A stretch of DNA of 64,000 bases. It comes from Basidiobolus ranarum. Its lineage: Eukaryota. Below are positions 51,256 to 63,330 of the stretch, one piece after another; position 1 is the first letter of the stretch; every line of letters starts with the position of its first letter. The position numbers and the translations under genes were made by a program. The stretch is taken from NCBI GenBank assembly GCA_040143965.1, contig JASJQH010006879.1, positions 1 through 64,000 on the forward strand. The letters are read 5' to 3'. The notes below the pieces were generated by a model, which worked only from the letters and a program-made list of their open reading frames with translations, was not told the DNA's origin and did not search any database.

Positions 51256-52755
51256 ATGGGAGTCAGCAACGATACAACCACTCAAACTCTTCAATTATCC
51301 AATGGCAAGTCCATTCAAATGAACACTAATTTGTTCATTAATGGTGAATTCGTCGCTTCCCAAAGTGGCAAGACTTTTGAAACCATAAATCCTGTTACTG
51401 AGAAGGCCATCTGCGAAGTTGCTGAAGCCGATGATAAGGACATTGACATCGCTGTTAAAGCCGCTAGTACTGCCTTCTTCGATGTATGGGCAAAAACCAC
51501 TGGCCCTGAGCGTGGACGTTTACTCTACAAGCTTGCCGAGTTAATGGAGCAAAACGTCGAAGAGTTAGCCGCTCTTGAATCTCTTGATAACGGTAAAACT
51601 GTTGCTGACGCCAAAGCATCTGATATCCGTCTTGCAGTTGAATGTTATCGCTACTACGCCGGTTGGGCTGATAAGATTCACGGCAAAGTTATTCAAACTG
51701 CTAACCCTGAACAATTTTGCTACACCCGTCATGAACCAATCGGTGTCGTCGGATGTATTATTCCTTGGAACTTCCCACTTTTAATGCAATCTTGGAAGCT
51801 TGGTCCCGCTCTTGCCACTGGTAACACTGTGGTTATGAAGCTCGCTGAGCAAACCCCTCTATCGGGTTTATACGTTGCCCAACTAATCAAGGAAGCTGGG
51901 TTCCCTGCTGGTGTTGTTAATATTGTTAACGGTTTTGGTAAAGTTGCTGGTGCCGCTTTGGCTTCTCACAAGGACGTTCATAAGGTTGCATTCACCGGTT
52001 CTACTATTACCGGACGTGCCATCATGAAGGCAGCCGCTGATAGTAACATCAAGAAGATCTCCTTGGAATTGGGTGGCAAGAGTCCTAACATTATCTTCGC
52101 TGATGCTGATATTGACAAAGCTGTCCAATGGGCTAGTACCGGTATCTTCTTTAACCATGGACAAACCTGTTGTGCCGGTTCCAGAATCTACGTTCAAGAA
52201 GATGCCTATGAAGAATTCTTAGAGAAGTTCAAGAAGAAGGCCTCTTCTATCAAGCTTGGTGATCCATTCCATCCTGAAACCACTCAAGGACCTTTGGTAT
52301 CTAAACTTCAATTTGACCGTGTTATGAGCTACATTGAGGACGGTAAAAAGGAGGGAGCTACTTGTGAATTAGGAGGTAGCAGATGGGGTAAAGTTGGTTA
52401 TTTCGTTGAACCTACAATCTTCACTGATGTCCGTGAAGATATGAAGATCATGAAGGAAGAGATCTTCGGTCCTGTGGTTGCTATCACTACATTCAAGGAC
52501 GAGAAGGAAGTAATTGAAAAAGCTCATTGTACCGAATATGGTCTAGCTGCAGCTGTCTTCACCAAGGATGTCTCTAAGGCCATTAGAGTTTCCAATGACC
52601 TCCAAGCTGGTACCGTATGGGTCAATTGCTACAACTCTCTTGATGCCAGTACACCATTTGGTGGCTATAAGGAATCCGGTATTGGTCGTGAATTGGGCAA
52701 ATACGCTTTAAGCTTGTACACTCAAGTAAAATCTGTCAAGATCAATCTTGCATAG
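51256..52755 (+). CDS. NAD(P)+-dependent aldehyde dehydrogenase (ALDH1/2 class), intronless
   Basis: IIPWNFP, FTGST, LELGGKSP, FNHGQTCCAG and EEIFGPV. Confidence 0.96.
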   Translation: MGVSNDTTTQTLQLSNGKSIQMNTNLFINGEFVASQSGKTFETINPVTEKAICEVAEADDKDIDIAVKAASTAFFDVWAKTTGPERGRLLYKLAELMEQNVEELAALESLDNGKTVADAKASDIRLAVECYRYYAGWADKIHGKVIQTANPEQFCYTRHEPIGVVGCIIPWNFPLLMQSWKLGPALATGNTVVMKLAEQTPLSGLYVAQLIKEAGFPAGVVNIVNGFGKVAGAALASHKDVHKVAFTGSTITGRAIMKAAADSNIKKISLELGGKSPNIIFADADIDKAVQWASTGIFFNHGQTCCAGSRIYVQEDAYEEFLEKFKKKASSIKLGDPFHPETTQGPLVSKLQFDRVMSYIEDGKKEGATCELGGSRWGKVGYFVEPTIFTDVREDMKIMKEEIFGPVVAITTFKDEKEVIEKAHCTEYGLAAAVFTKDVSKAIRVSNDLQAGTVWVNCYNSLDASTPFGGYKESGIGRELGKYALSLYTQVKSVKINLA

Positions 52756-53255
52756 ATAGCATCAATTTGCCGCATTGTTTAATGAATATCTCTGAAGATT
52801 ACCTAGTCAGGCGTAATCAATTGTGAATAAATATGGTTTTGTTACAAATCTGTCTTGTCAAATCTTTAGCTGGTGATACGTGCGGTAATACAGCATGGAT
52901 TCAACGTTGTACAAAAACTGAGTTTAACCTGTCACCATCGTTCATCATTTCAACATGCGCTAATGTTCTTGGATATATATCTACAAGTCAATCTATTACC
53001 AAATAGTGAGGTGTTCAAGACATAATAGAATCTCCCTATTGGTGTAGACCTGGATATTTTGTGCATATCTGCTTTCTAATAATGATATTGGTGGTCAAGG
53101 GGTTGATTGGCTTGTTTCGAGATGAATATTGATTTTGTTGGTTTGATATTAGTAAGATTTTAACGAGGTTCAATCCATTTCGAAGATCATTGTGTGTCGA
53201 AGAAAAATGGGACAGAATCGAAATATTTCCTAAAGGTTTTTTCGCTTTCTGTAAG

Positions 53256-54524
53256 ATGAATCTAGTCACAACAAAAAGATGGACTACATTAAGATGCCGT
53301 TTTAACTTGACAGATATTCCAACTTCTTCCAACCGCTCTAAACGCTTTACTTTTCCAACTTATTTTTCCACCACCACCGGTAAAATCCAAACTAATATTG
53401 CTTTAAAAGTTAGTTATTTGGGTTGGGATTATCATGGATTTGCAAGACACGATCCTCTTCCTACTATCGAGGGGAGTTTGTTTACTGCCTTGAAGAAAAC
53501 TGGCTTAATCGAATCCGTCGAACAATCCAAGTATTCTCGCTGTGGTCGCACTGATGCAGGTGTCAGTGCATTTAGTCAAGTAATTGGTCTTGAAGTCAAA
53601 CTGAAATCACATGAAGAGACAGGTCCGAAAATTGTCAGCATGCTCAATTCGAACCTTCCTAAAGATATTCAGGTGATTAGCTGGGCTTACACCAAGCCTA
53701 ATTTCGATGCAAGACACGATTGTATTTCTCGAACCTACAAATATTACTTTCCACGACAAAAATTGAACCTCGACTTGATGAAAGAAGCTGGTCATAAATT
53801 CCTGGGTACCAAAGACTTTAGAAATTTTTGTAAAGTTCGTGGTGCCAAACAATTGACTCAATTTAAACGGACTATATTTCAAGTTTCAGTTGAAGCTTCA
53901 AAAACTTTGGCTCATTTACAGATGCCTGAACGTCAGATTTGCGAACTTACCATATGTGGACGTTCCTTTCTTTGGCATCAGGTACGATGTATGACTGCGA
54001 TATTGTTTCTGGTTGGTCAGGGTTTAGAAGCTCCTAGCATTGTAGATACTTTATTGAATATTGAAGAAACCCCCTCTAAGCCACATTATGAGATGGCTTC
54101 TGAACTTCCTCTGGTGTTATACGATTCAGAGTATCAAAATTTAAACTGGAACACCTCTACCACCCCTGATTTGGTTGCTATGTACTGGTTGCAGCGTCAC
54201 CTGGAGCGTGAGTGGCAACGAAAAATGAATGAGGCCATAATATTAGAAAATCTTATAGATGCACTAGGTCAAACACCGGTCACACCGCCCTCGCTTCAGA
54301 ATACACTTTCTTGGAGTGAATACTGGAACCAAGGAGAAGTCCAAGCGAGAGGTGCGGGAGTTGATGTCATATTGGGAGGTGGAAGTGAGAGTAGAGTTAG
54401 GAAGTATACTCCTCTTACGGAGCGTCAACATGGAATACCTGTTGGTGAGCTCAATAAACAATATTTAGATCGGAAAAAGTTTAAATTAAGTCAAGTATTG
54501 ACCAAATCAAATGAGAACCAATAG
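53256..54524 (+). CDS. PUS3: tRNA pseudouridine 38/39 synthase (TruA family)
   Basis: YLGWDYHGF, SRCGRTDAGVSA, FDARHDC..RTYKY, DFRNFCK and FLWHQVRCM. The first ATG at 53256 gives a basic, presequence-like N-terminus. Confidence 0.88.
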   Translation: MNLVTTKRWTTLRCRFNLTDIPTSSNRSKRFTFPTYFSTTTGKIQTNIALKVSYLGWDYHGFARHDPLPTIEGSLFTALKKTGLIESVEQSKYSRCGRTDAGVSAFSQVIGLEVKLKSHEETGPKIVSMLNSNLPKDIQVISWAYTKPNFDARHDCISRTYKYYFPRQKLNLDLMKEAGHKFLGTKDFRNFCKVRGAKQLTQFKRTIFQVSVEASKTLAHLQMPERQICELTICGRSFLWHQVRCMTAILFLVGQGLEAPSIVDTLLNIEETPSKPHYEMASELPLVLYDSEYQNLNWNTSTTPDLVAMYWLQRHLEREWQRKMNEAIILENLIDALGQTPVTPPSLQNTLSWSEYWNQGEVQARGAGVDVILGGGSESRVRKYTPLTERQHGIPVGELNKQYLDRKKFKLSQVLTKSNENQ

Positions 54525-54994
54525 ACTAACAAATATTTGTTTATAGAAAATATGTTATCTAGAGTTTTATTATTTTAGAACAATGTAGAATATATGTAAT
54601 GCCACTTGATACGATGTTAATCAATAATAAATCCTATTAACAACAATAGCTTCTGGCAGGCGTCTACTTAATATAGATTTGGAATATTACTAACTAATGC
54701 CATATTAGTAACCAGTATTTGCGTTGAGACTCTGTTTCTACAAACGCACTGTTAGAAATTCTGCACCATGGTTGGACTGTTACTATGGCACATCAACCCA
54801 ATCATTACACTATATGGATTCATTATCGGAAGGTAAACTATTCCTTGTTAGTCGGTAAATGACATACAAAATGTTTGATTTATTTACGTTCTAAATAACG
54901 GAAAATACATAGTAGTAATAGTAAGACAGGTGTCGGGGAAGGCAGTAAAGGGCATGCAGGTAGGTGATGACGTGAGAATTAGTAGGATTAGAAT

Positions 54995-55737
54995 TTAGGC
55001 CATCACATCGTCATATTGAACTCCATTGATTGCACTACCACGCATACTACGACGTACATTTCCTTCGAAATGGCGGCGGTCAGTTCTCAAATCCTGTGCA
55101 GCTTCTATAAATAAATAGCAAATATGTTGATATGTTAACGAACATACATAAGAAGTGAAATAGAAATGAGGTAACCTTTATTCAACGGATCTTCAGCGTT
55201 GGGTTCAAGGAATAGGTATTGAAGTCCAACCACGACTGAATTGATGTTCAATACAGGCTTCCAATCTTCACGCAAGATGTTTAGGCAAATGTTTCCGTCC
55301 AGGTCAATGTTAGGGTGATATATCTGAGAGAAACAAAAGATCCAAGTTTAGTGAGAAGACTTGGGTGTAAGTAGTTCCAATATTTTTTCAATACCTTTTG
55401 AGTACAGTGAACTTTTGGTGGTTCATGAGGGTAGCTGCTGTTGATTTTGAAAGTGAACTTAAATTCCCCTCCTTTGTAGAAACCTTCGTCTGGTTTGATA
55501 CTTAAATTGAAGTTTAATAGATCTTCAGGGGAAGGAAACGACATTTCCATAGTTTTAGGTAATTCAAGTTCCGAGAGATCTACAAAAAAAGTCAAAAAGT
55601 ACATAAGAAAGGGGTCAAACTCAGTTACAAGTTCCAAAATATTTACCCTTTTGAACTCGAATTTGAGCAGCACTGACTTTGGGCTTCTTTTTTTCAGCAG
55701 AAGCGGCGTCTTTTTTCATACTGAATAGTTTGATCAT
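54995..55737 (-). CDS. UBC12: NEDD8-conjugating enzyme Ubc12, 4 exons
   Basis: [54 protein letters not shown] and [16 protein letters not shown]. Confidence 0.95.
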
Positions 55738-56210
55738 CGTGGTATTCCTTACGAAGGTAGATGTGGATGGATAAAGTAATGTCTGCAAAGGTACAAATTA
55801 ATATTTCGTAAGGAAACTTAAATATATCCTCAACCGCAGTTGAAAGCGCTCTTTTATTTGCAATTACATCACTCCCTCAAGAATTCGATCACAAATAAGC
55901 AAAACATCATGGTTAAAGTATAAGCGTAAGCCAAACAAAAAGGGTTATTTACCTCGCAAAAGGGCTAGTTTTAAGCAGATTACGTTGATTAGATGATTCG
56001 GATATTTAGGGTTAATGTCTAGCATTTATAATGAGCATCGATATTTCTAATGACTTTTTATTTCATTTTAGTTCAGTGATGTTATAACATGTGTACAAGT
56101 AATTGAAGTATGGAGGATTAGGATTAAATTATATGCGATAACCGTTGAAAACATCACACTATCAGAAATCGATACGTAAACCAATTTTGATACGATTAAA
56201 ATGTGCTCTC

Positions 56211-56684
56211 CTATTGTCTGGGAAGGGCATTACGAATGGTGTTGTATAAGTTTTGGGCAGAGGCGGCAACTTTGCTAACGTAAGGCTCAACAGTTGAGCG
56301 ACAAGTCTCAACGACCTCATTGGTAGGCTTCTTGATCAGAGGGAACTTGCCCTCCAAGTAATCCAGTGATTGACACCCTAAGGCATCGACTTGCTGGATT
56401 TGGCGCTGGAAGTAGTTTTGAACTGGCTTAATCACTTTAACCGCAGTGGTGAAAGCAGAATTAGCAGTATCAGCTACGAAATGGACATAGCGGGAGTTGG
56501 AGTCATTGACATAACTTTTGACTGCGTTGACACCATCTTGGATGACAGGGATTTCGTAGATACGAGAGACAATGTGGAGTTCGTCAGTGGAGCCGTTAGT
56601 GGCACCATTCTCTGAGTTACCGTTTTGGTTGGTAGGTTTCTCCTTTTGAACCGATTGGTTGTTGGTGTTAGATTCTTTGCTCAT
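56211..56684 (-). CDS. Perilipin PAT-domain protein A (intronless)
   Basis: IVSRIYEIPVIQDGV and DALGCQSLDYLEGKFPLIKKPTNEV match the perilipin PAT signature. TATAAAA at ~56770. Confidence 0.8.
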   Translation of the reverse strand: MSKESNTNNQSVQKEKPTNQNGNSENGATNGSTDELHIVSRIYEIPVIQDGVNAVKSYVNDSNSRYVHFVADTANSAFTTAVKVIKPVQNYFQRQIQQVDALGCQSLDYLEGKFPLIKKPTNEVVETCRSTVEPYVSKVAASAQNLYNTIRNALPRQ

Positions 56685-57223
56685 GATTATACTGAGAAGG
56701 TTAAACTCTAGAAGAGATAAATTAAGGAAGGATACGAAGATGTTGTTGACCAGTGGGGAATGGCCAGTTTTATAGAATATGAAAAGCAAAATCATGTGAT
56801 AGCGTATGCTAGTGGCAATTGCATATGAAAAGTAAATGGTCGGAATTTAGTTACTAGCTATCAGCTACTAAAAGGAGCCAAGTAAGAATTTTCTAGGCAT
56901 ATGAAGATCAAAAAAGATGATTTGAGACGATTATCACATGCAAATGATGCTTTCGATATTGTCTATTTCCAGAGAAATCGATTTCTACATGACTGAAATG
57001 GGGTTACAGTACTGGTTTGATAATAACACCATTTCAATTCATTTTCAATGAAGCACTCAGCAACATGTAGGGCAAGGATTCTATGACGGCCAGGATGGTC
57101 TCTTAATTTAGTAAGCCTACTTCTCTTTCCCGAAGTGTATAAACAAGATTTAAACATAAACGTGCTACTCTAGAGTCCACATTGAGTGCGTATTAGCAAA
57201 TCTTCCCCAAAGTTAGGCGAAGC

Positions 57224-57293
57224 TAGTTCTCATCAGTACGGATTAAATGAACATTACATAGTTCTCATCAGTACGGATTGAATGGATATTACC
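57224..57293. repeat. 35-bp imperfect direct tandem repeat x2 (TAGTTCTCATCAGTACGGATTRAATGRAYATTAC)
   Basis: Copies start at 57224 and 57259. Confidence 0.85.
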
Positions 57294-57571
57294 AGAGTCT
57301 GTGATCCTGGTGATAATGTTTTAGTCATCCCTTTCCATGTTTTAAAGCTGCAACATAATGTGTATGTTCCGAAGCCTTAATGGGGCTCAATCAATGTGTG
57401 ATATACGAGATAAGGTGCTCATGAGACATCAAGTAGACTTGGATGATGAAATATTTTAATTTATTACTGCTGGTTATTAATGATGAATGTAAATTGCGTA
57501 CAGTGTATAGGAGTGATGTTATTCTGGTAAGGATTCAAAAACCAAATATTTTGGAGGTACAGGGAGCAAGC

Positions 57572-58135
57572 TTATTTTCCTTGGACAATGCTGCGAACAT
57601 TCTGAACCAAGTTCTGTGCTGATGAGGTGACTCCTTCAATGTAGGGTTCTACGGTAGTGCGGCAGGTTTGAACCAATTCGTTAGTAGGACGCTTGATAAT
57701 GGGAACTTTGTTCTCAATATAATCTAAGGAGCGGCAGCCGAGCTGATCAGCCTGCTCAATTTGAGAGTGGAAGCGAGTTTGAACAGGTTGAATCAAACCG
57801 GCAACAGTGTGCATAGCAGAACCTGCTGTATCCGCAACAAGGTGGACATAACGAGATTCTGAGCCTTCAACAAAGGATTTAACAGCGTTGATGCTATCTT
57901 GGACTAATGGGATACCACAGATGCGAGAAACAACCTCCAAACTAGCAGTGTTGGATTCTTCCTCAGGAGTAGGCTGCTCCTCTGTTTTTTCTTCTACTTT
58001 CTCGGCTTCTTGTACCTGGGGTTCCTGTTTTTCGACCTCTTCAGCAGTGTCTATGGTTTCAACTGTCTGAACAGTTTGGTCAGGTGCGTCGGTATTTTCG
58101 GATAGAACGCTAAATTGGTTAGATTCTTGAGACAT
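57572..58135 (-). CDS. Perilipin PAT-domain protein B (acidic N-terminus)
   Basis: VVSRICGIPLVQDSI and ADQLGCRSLDYIENKVPIIKRPTNEL. TATA at ~58190. Confidence 0.85.
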   Translation of the reverse strand: MSQESNQFSVLSENTDAPDQTVQTVETIDTAEEVEKQEPQVQEAEKVEEKTEEQPTPEEESNTASLEVVSRICGIPLVQDSINAVKSFVEGSESRYVHLVADTAGSAMHTVAGLIQPVQTRFHSQIEQADQLGCRSLDYIENKVPIIKRPTNELVQTCRTTVEPYIEGVTSSAQNLVQNVRSIVQGK

Positions 58136-58891
58136 ATTAGAAGGTAATTGGAGATTTGCTGATGTTTCCTTGAGGTGTTCTTACGCTTATATATATGTGA
58201 AAAAAGCAAGCTTACTATATTCGGATATAACGGTAGAGATAGCATTGCCAAGTACAATCACCTATGAATTATCATATGAAAATAAGCTTGGCTTGATCAT
58301 TGGTCGATGGGTGGAGATTCGATCACCAATACTTACCGGTAGCGCAGTCACTTAGATTGCGTCAGTATCCATGGAGGAAGTAGTAGGTATGATAAGGTCA
58401 TCATGTCATTTTCACGTGTCGGCATATCTCGGCTTTCACATGGGATTTAGTGGTCTACGTAAATCCGCGAGAATCTGCGCACAGAAAAGGGAATTTATTC
58501 CACAATGGTTGATAGGGTGGCCTGGATGGAAAACGACATTAAACTTTGGGTTAAGGCTATCTGGAAATAGAAGTTGTTGACAGCGGAAAGCAATTTAATT
58601 CGAAGGTTATTTTGACGAGAACTTTATTTTATCAACAACAAAGATAAAGACAATGTGCCACAGAATGCTCAAAATAATGCACGTCCCTTATGAAGTGAGT
58701 GCACTATAAAGCTCTAAATTTGGCTTTGTTACTGAGTTCCTTGCCATATAAAAAAGACAGGAGTGATCACCCAAATAACGAAGAATGCTGATTAATATCA
58801 AAAACAGATGGCTATTCTCATATGATAATCCTGGTTGCTACACAACAACATGAGATGGGCAATGATGTTACAATAAAGCCACCCTGCCATT

Positions 58892-59359
58892 TTATATGAA
58901 CTTAATGTAACCTAATACACTACGACCTATGGCAACTACTGGTTCTATGGTGGATTGACAAGCTGCCACCACTTCATCAGTGGGCCTGTTGATTATAGGG
59001 AATCTCTCCTCTAAATAGTTCAAAGATTGGCAACCATAGTGATCCAAGAACTTGAGCTGTGATGTAAATGGTGATTGTTGGACGAGCCTTGCCGAGGATT
59101 CATGAAGAGTTCCAGCCATATTAGCTATGGGCCGGACGAACTGGACGAATCGTGAGTTGGGGTTCTGAGTATAAGTTTTGACTGTATTGAGCCCATCGTG
59201 TACTATGGGAATTTGGCCAATCCGAGACATCACTTGAGAATCGGACGAGGGTGGAAGAGTCAGATTGGCAGATTCATCAAGTTTATGCTGAACTTTAGAT
59301 TTCTTGATGGTTCTGGTCTTTCGGGAGGTTCCACTTTGACTGTTATTGATTGTATTCAT
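58892..59359 (-). CDS. Perilipin PAT-domain protein C (basic N-terminus)
   Basis: VMSRIGQIPIVHDGL and DHYGCQSLNYLEERFPIINRPTDEV. TATA at ~59395. Confidence 0.8.
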   Translation of the reverse strand: MNTINNSQSGTSRKTRTIKKSKVQHKLDESANLTLPPSSDSQVMSRIGQIPIVHDGLNTVKTYTQNPNSRFVQFVRPIANMAGTLHESSARLVQQSPFTSQLKFLDHYGCQSLNYLEERFPIINRPTDEVVAACQSTIEPVVAIGRSVLGYIKFI

Positions 59360-59914
59360 GATTGTTGAGATAACTTGTGTTGGAACCTTTGCTTATATAT
59401 GGTAGCTGTCCTAGCTCAATCATACTTAGAGACGTCACCTGTATGGCATAATCACCTCTGGGCACCGCAGTATCGCTAGAGATGATCGTGACTAGACGAG
59501 TAATGCAAAGTGAAGGGAGCAGAGAGACCATGATTCAACAAATATGGAGCAGAGGCTGATTGAGCAAATATGATGTTTGTCTTTGCGTCGCCAAAGCGCC
59601 CTCGATACAAAGCACCCTCAATAAAAACTGAACAGGTAATTCAATATAAGCTTATAAATTCTGATCCACAAATTCGGTCAGAGGCTATATCGGCATGAAA
59701 TTAGCATTATTTTGGGGGCTAGGGTTAGGGTGAATAAATTTGTAAATTAACTCAGGTTATACAAAAAATGCTGGTTCTAACCCATTTATTAGGTCAAGTC
59801 AAGCACTGCATAGATGAGTGATTGTTACAAATGTTAGTGGATCTATAGTACACAGTACGGGAGTAAAGATAACAATACAAAATAAATGAAAAGGGTAAAT
59901 TAAAGGGAGAGAAA

Positions 59915-60997
59915 TTACATCAGATGTTCTATTTTCCAATATTTGATGGTTCTTCTCAAGTCGACATATTGAGGCCCTTCAATAGATTCTAAATTTTCAA
60001 GGGTTTAGAACAAAGCATGGTTTAAAATGAAATTAGAGATATTGTACCTTCATTTAGCGCCGGTCCACCACCGTAGGCCTGTAAGAATTGTTTCCATGCC
60101 TCTTGAGAGATCATGAAGAAGTCTTCCCATAATACCAAGTCAGGATCAAACCCGCCTTGTGCCGTACACAGTCTACTGTTGGTAATGGGGCCTGGTGCTG
60201 GGTTATTTCCAAGTACAAACCCCTGCCATTCAGACATCCAACTCTGCTCGATAAAGTGACCTATCTCAAATCCTTCATACATAGAGATATTCCGCTCCTT
60301 ACGTCTACGTACGATCTCTTCTGAATTGTACAAACTGGGAACGTTGGTTGCCATCAGTGTCATAATTTCATTAGCTCTATGTGTTTCTATATCGGAGCAA
60401 TTGGTGCCTATCCATCTGTTGCAATGATAGCACCACAACTCCATCGTATTTAGCTTAAGACTAATAGAGTGGCCAGTCGATTTGAAATGGTCGTAGGCAT
60501 GAGCACCTCTCCAGCGTCCACATCCTGTAAATAAGAGGTGGTAAGGTTTTGATACATTTTCAGAAATAGACTGAGTGAAGTTTACCTAAGAATTGACAAT
60601 TGTCGTTTGCACATAGCCATAAATCTGGCACCCCTTCCGTACATTCATCAGAGGAACAGGAAAGTTGTGAATATATATCTACCAGAGATACATACTGCAA
60701 GATTTTCTTCTCCAAGCACTTTCGGTTGAACAGGCTCAAATGTGTACAAATATCGTTAAGCTCAGTAACAAACAATTCTTTCCAAGTCATCTGAGGAAGT
60801 TTGAAGTTTATATTTTTTTGCAGGAAACACAAGCGGAACCAGATAGAATCCTCGGTAGACACTTGATATAAGTTTTTACATACTAATGTGCAATTGAGTA
60901 GATCAGAAAGAGTAAGGTTAGACAATATGTTGACCAGAACCTCATATGGAAGACTGAGCAAAGGGAAAGAACTCATGTTGCTCAAACGCATAACCAT
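59915..60997 (-). CDS. F-box / ZnF-UBP / DUSP fusion protein, 3 exons
   Basis: F-box LLSLPYEVLVNILSNL..VCK; ZnF-UBP CTHL..LWLC..CGRWRGAHAYDHF..GHSISL..LWCYHC; DUSP FIEQSWMSEW..PGPITN..ISQEAWKQFLQAYGGGP. Confidence 0.85.
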
Positions 60998-61608
60998 CTT
61001 GTTTAGTCAAAGAAATAAGAAGGTTATGGTTGGTGAAAGAATTAACAAGGTACGAACAAGCACAAGTCCCTAGCTCAACAAATGAAGAGAACGTCTTGTA
61101 GTTCCCCCAATGGTTTCAATTTCTATAAAAAGCACAGATGTATATTGAGCATTTCCCTTTTCTAGTGAATTTTATATATATAGCAAGTACATAGCGTACA
61201 GTCAACTTAATCACTACCAACATCTTCAACAATCAACTCATTATCCCCAAAACACATAAAATACACTTTTAAAAGCTTGGTTCCGTGGCCAATGAATGAT
61301 CTCCAGAATCAAGGTCATAGAATTAATGACCTCCTTGGTGTAGCAATAGTACGAAATAGGCAACACGCATATTAAGAATCAGGAGGGAATTCCCATGTTA
61401 GGGATAAGATGTAGGTTGTGTAGTGATGGATAGATACAAACTAGTTGTATGGGGTATCTCGATTAAGAAATCACCTCAAGCACACTCTCAGTATGAGCAG
61501 GCGTTCATGTTAAAAATCAAATGAGTTTATTGTGCTTGCTAGATGCTCTATTTATTCAAGTCGACCAGGCTACAGTATAATAAATACAATGCAATGGTTA
61601 TGAAAGTA

Positions 61609-62850
61609 TTAATTTTTCTTCGATAAGACATCTTGGACTGCCTTCAAAACTTCGGGATGAATAGAGGCAATAGAAGCAACAACTCCTTTGTTGGCTTTCA
61701 AAGTTCTTCCAATGGAGAAGTCAAGAGGCTTCCCAGTAATGTCTGTTACTTCACCACCTGCTTCCTTCACTAACAAATCGCCTGAAGCATGATCCCAAAT
61801 TTTTTCTTCATAATCAGCACGGGTGGGAAGTCTAAGATAAATATCAGCATCACCACGGGAGATAGAGCAATACTTGCATTGACTATCCATACGAACAGGT
61901 GACCTGGTGATATTAAGCAGTTTAGCTATTTGAGCGGCATCGCTGTGAGATGAATGCTCAGCTTCCACAGATTCACAGAATGATGACTCGGAAGTAGAGC
62001 TCACTGCACTCATCTTGATAGGTTTCAAATCGTTGCTTTCGAATGATCTCTATAAATGTTCGGATTCAGTATGTCAAACTCAAGAAGTAGATTATATTGC
62101 TGGTAATTACGAACCTGGAAGGCGCCCTCTCCCTCAACAGCAACAAAGAGGCAACCTTTCTCACCTTCAGGATTTTTGGCATCAACTGGAAGATTAGGGC
62201 AACCCATTACTCCAAGACGGACCTTCCCGTCCACAATTAAAGCTAAGCATACAGCAAATTGCTCTCCGCGAAGAAATCCCTTGGTACCGTCAATGGGATC
62301 CAAAGTCCAATGACGACCCTTAGAACCACCTGAATAGCAACCACGATCAATTGCATCTAACAACTGAAGGTTACAGTTAAAAAAATGAAGCCTTGACCAA
62401 GCACTACTCTACTTACTTCTTTGATAGTTTGAGATTCTTCGAGAACTGAATTAGCCAAATCATAGATTTTCTCTCTCATGTTTGCAGCGTCCTCTCCATG
62501 AAGATCTTTGGAATCTTCTTCACCAACAATTGGATCGTTGGGAAAAGACTTGGCAAGAATAGTATTTACAACAGCTTGAGCACTGTAATCGGCAACTGTT
62601 ATGGGTTACTTTTACTCAGTTTTTATTCAACAGTAAAACAATAAATATAAAACTTACTTGTCACTGGAGATTTATCTTTCTTTGTAATAGTTTCATTAGA
62701 GACGAGCTTTTGGAAGACATTTTGACAGACACGACTAGCTCTCAAGACAGCGTCAATTGCAACAGTTTTTTCCTGAGCGTAACTAGACATGGTTCTAAAG
62801 AAAGAGCAACGGAAATTGTTGTATGCGCGGGAAGCCAATATTCGATTCAT
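61609..62850 (-). CDS. MET22: 3'(2'),5'-bisphosphate nucleotidase (Hal2/Met22), 4 exons
   Basis: DKSPVTIADYSAQA, IVGEEDS, WTLDPIDGTKGFLRGEQFAV, DSQCKY and EKIWDHA. Confidence 0.93.
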
Positions 62851-63330
62851 ATTTATAAATAAAAAGACAATATTTGTATGTTAAATCTTAGAGCCAGAAT
62901 GATTCATCAATTATGAGCATTGATTATATGACGTGCTTTTCCGCAACCTTACGCTAGTAGACTGCTCGATGATTTGCTACAATGAATTCAAGTTTAATCA
63001 AGATGTAACTTCCCTAAAGTAGGTGGGATAATTTTCGTATCATGTATTACGTACAACCATTGTCCATGAAAAGTGGTATGTACAGTGTGGCATGTACAGT
63101 ACAAAGGTAACTGTTGATTCTGTCTGTAGTATTAATGTTTTATTAACAAATAAATAAGGGAAAATTCTGACGATCTCACGTAAACGGGTCAAGTAGTCAA
63201 ATAGGTTGCTTGGACATGTCTAGCAAACTCATTGCAATAGCCGTGGGTTGGAATTAGAAGAAGTAATATTTTAAAGGGAAATTCTTTCGAACAATAGCAA
63301 CAGAATCCAGCCTAGTGTTGGAACTCTTTG

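Noticed and set aside
54995-60997. UBC12 near the F-box gene as a functional neddylation/SCF cluster
   Set aside because: They are separated by three unrelated genes, and proximity alone is not evidence in a compact fungal genome.
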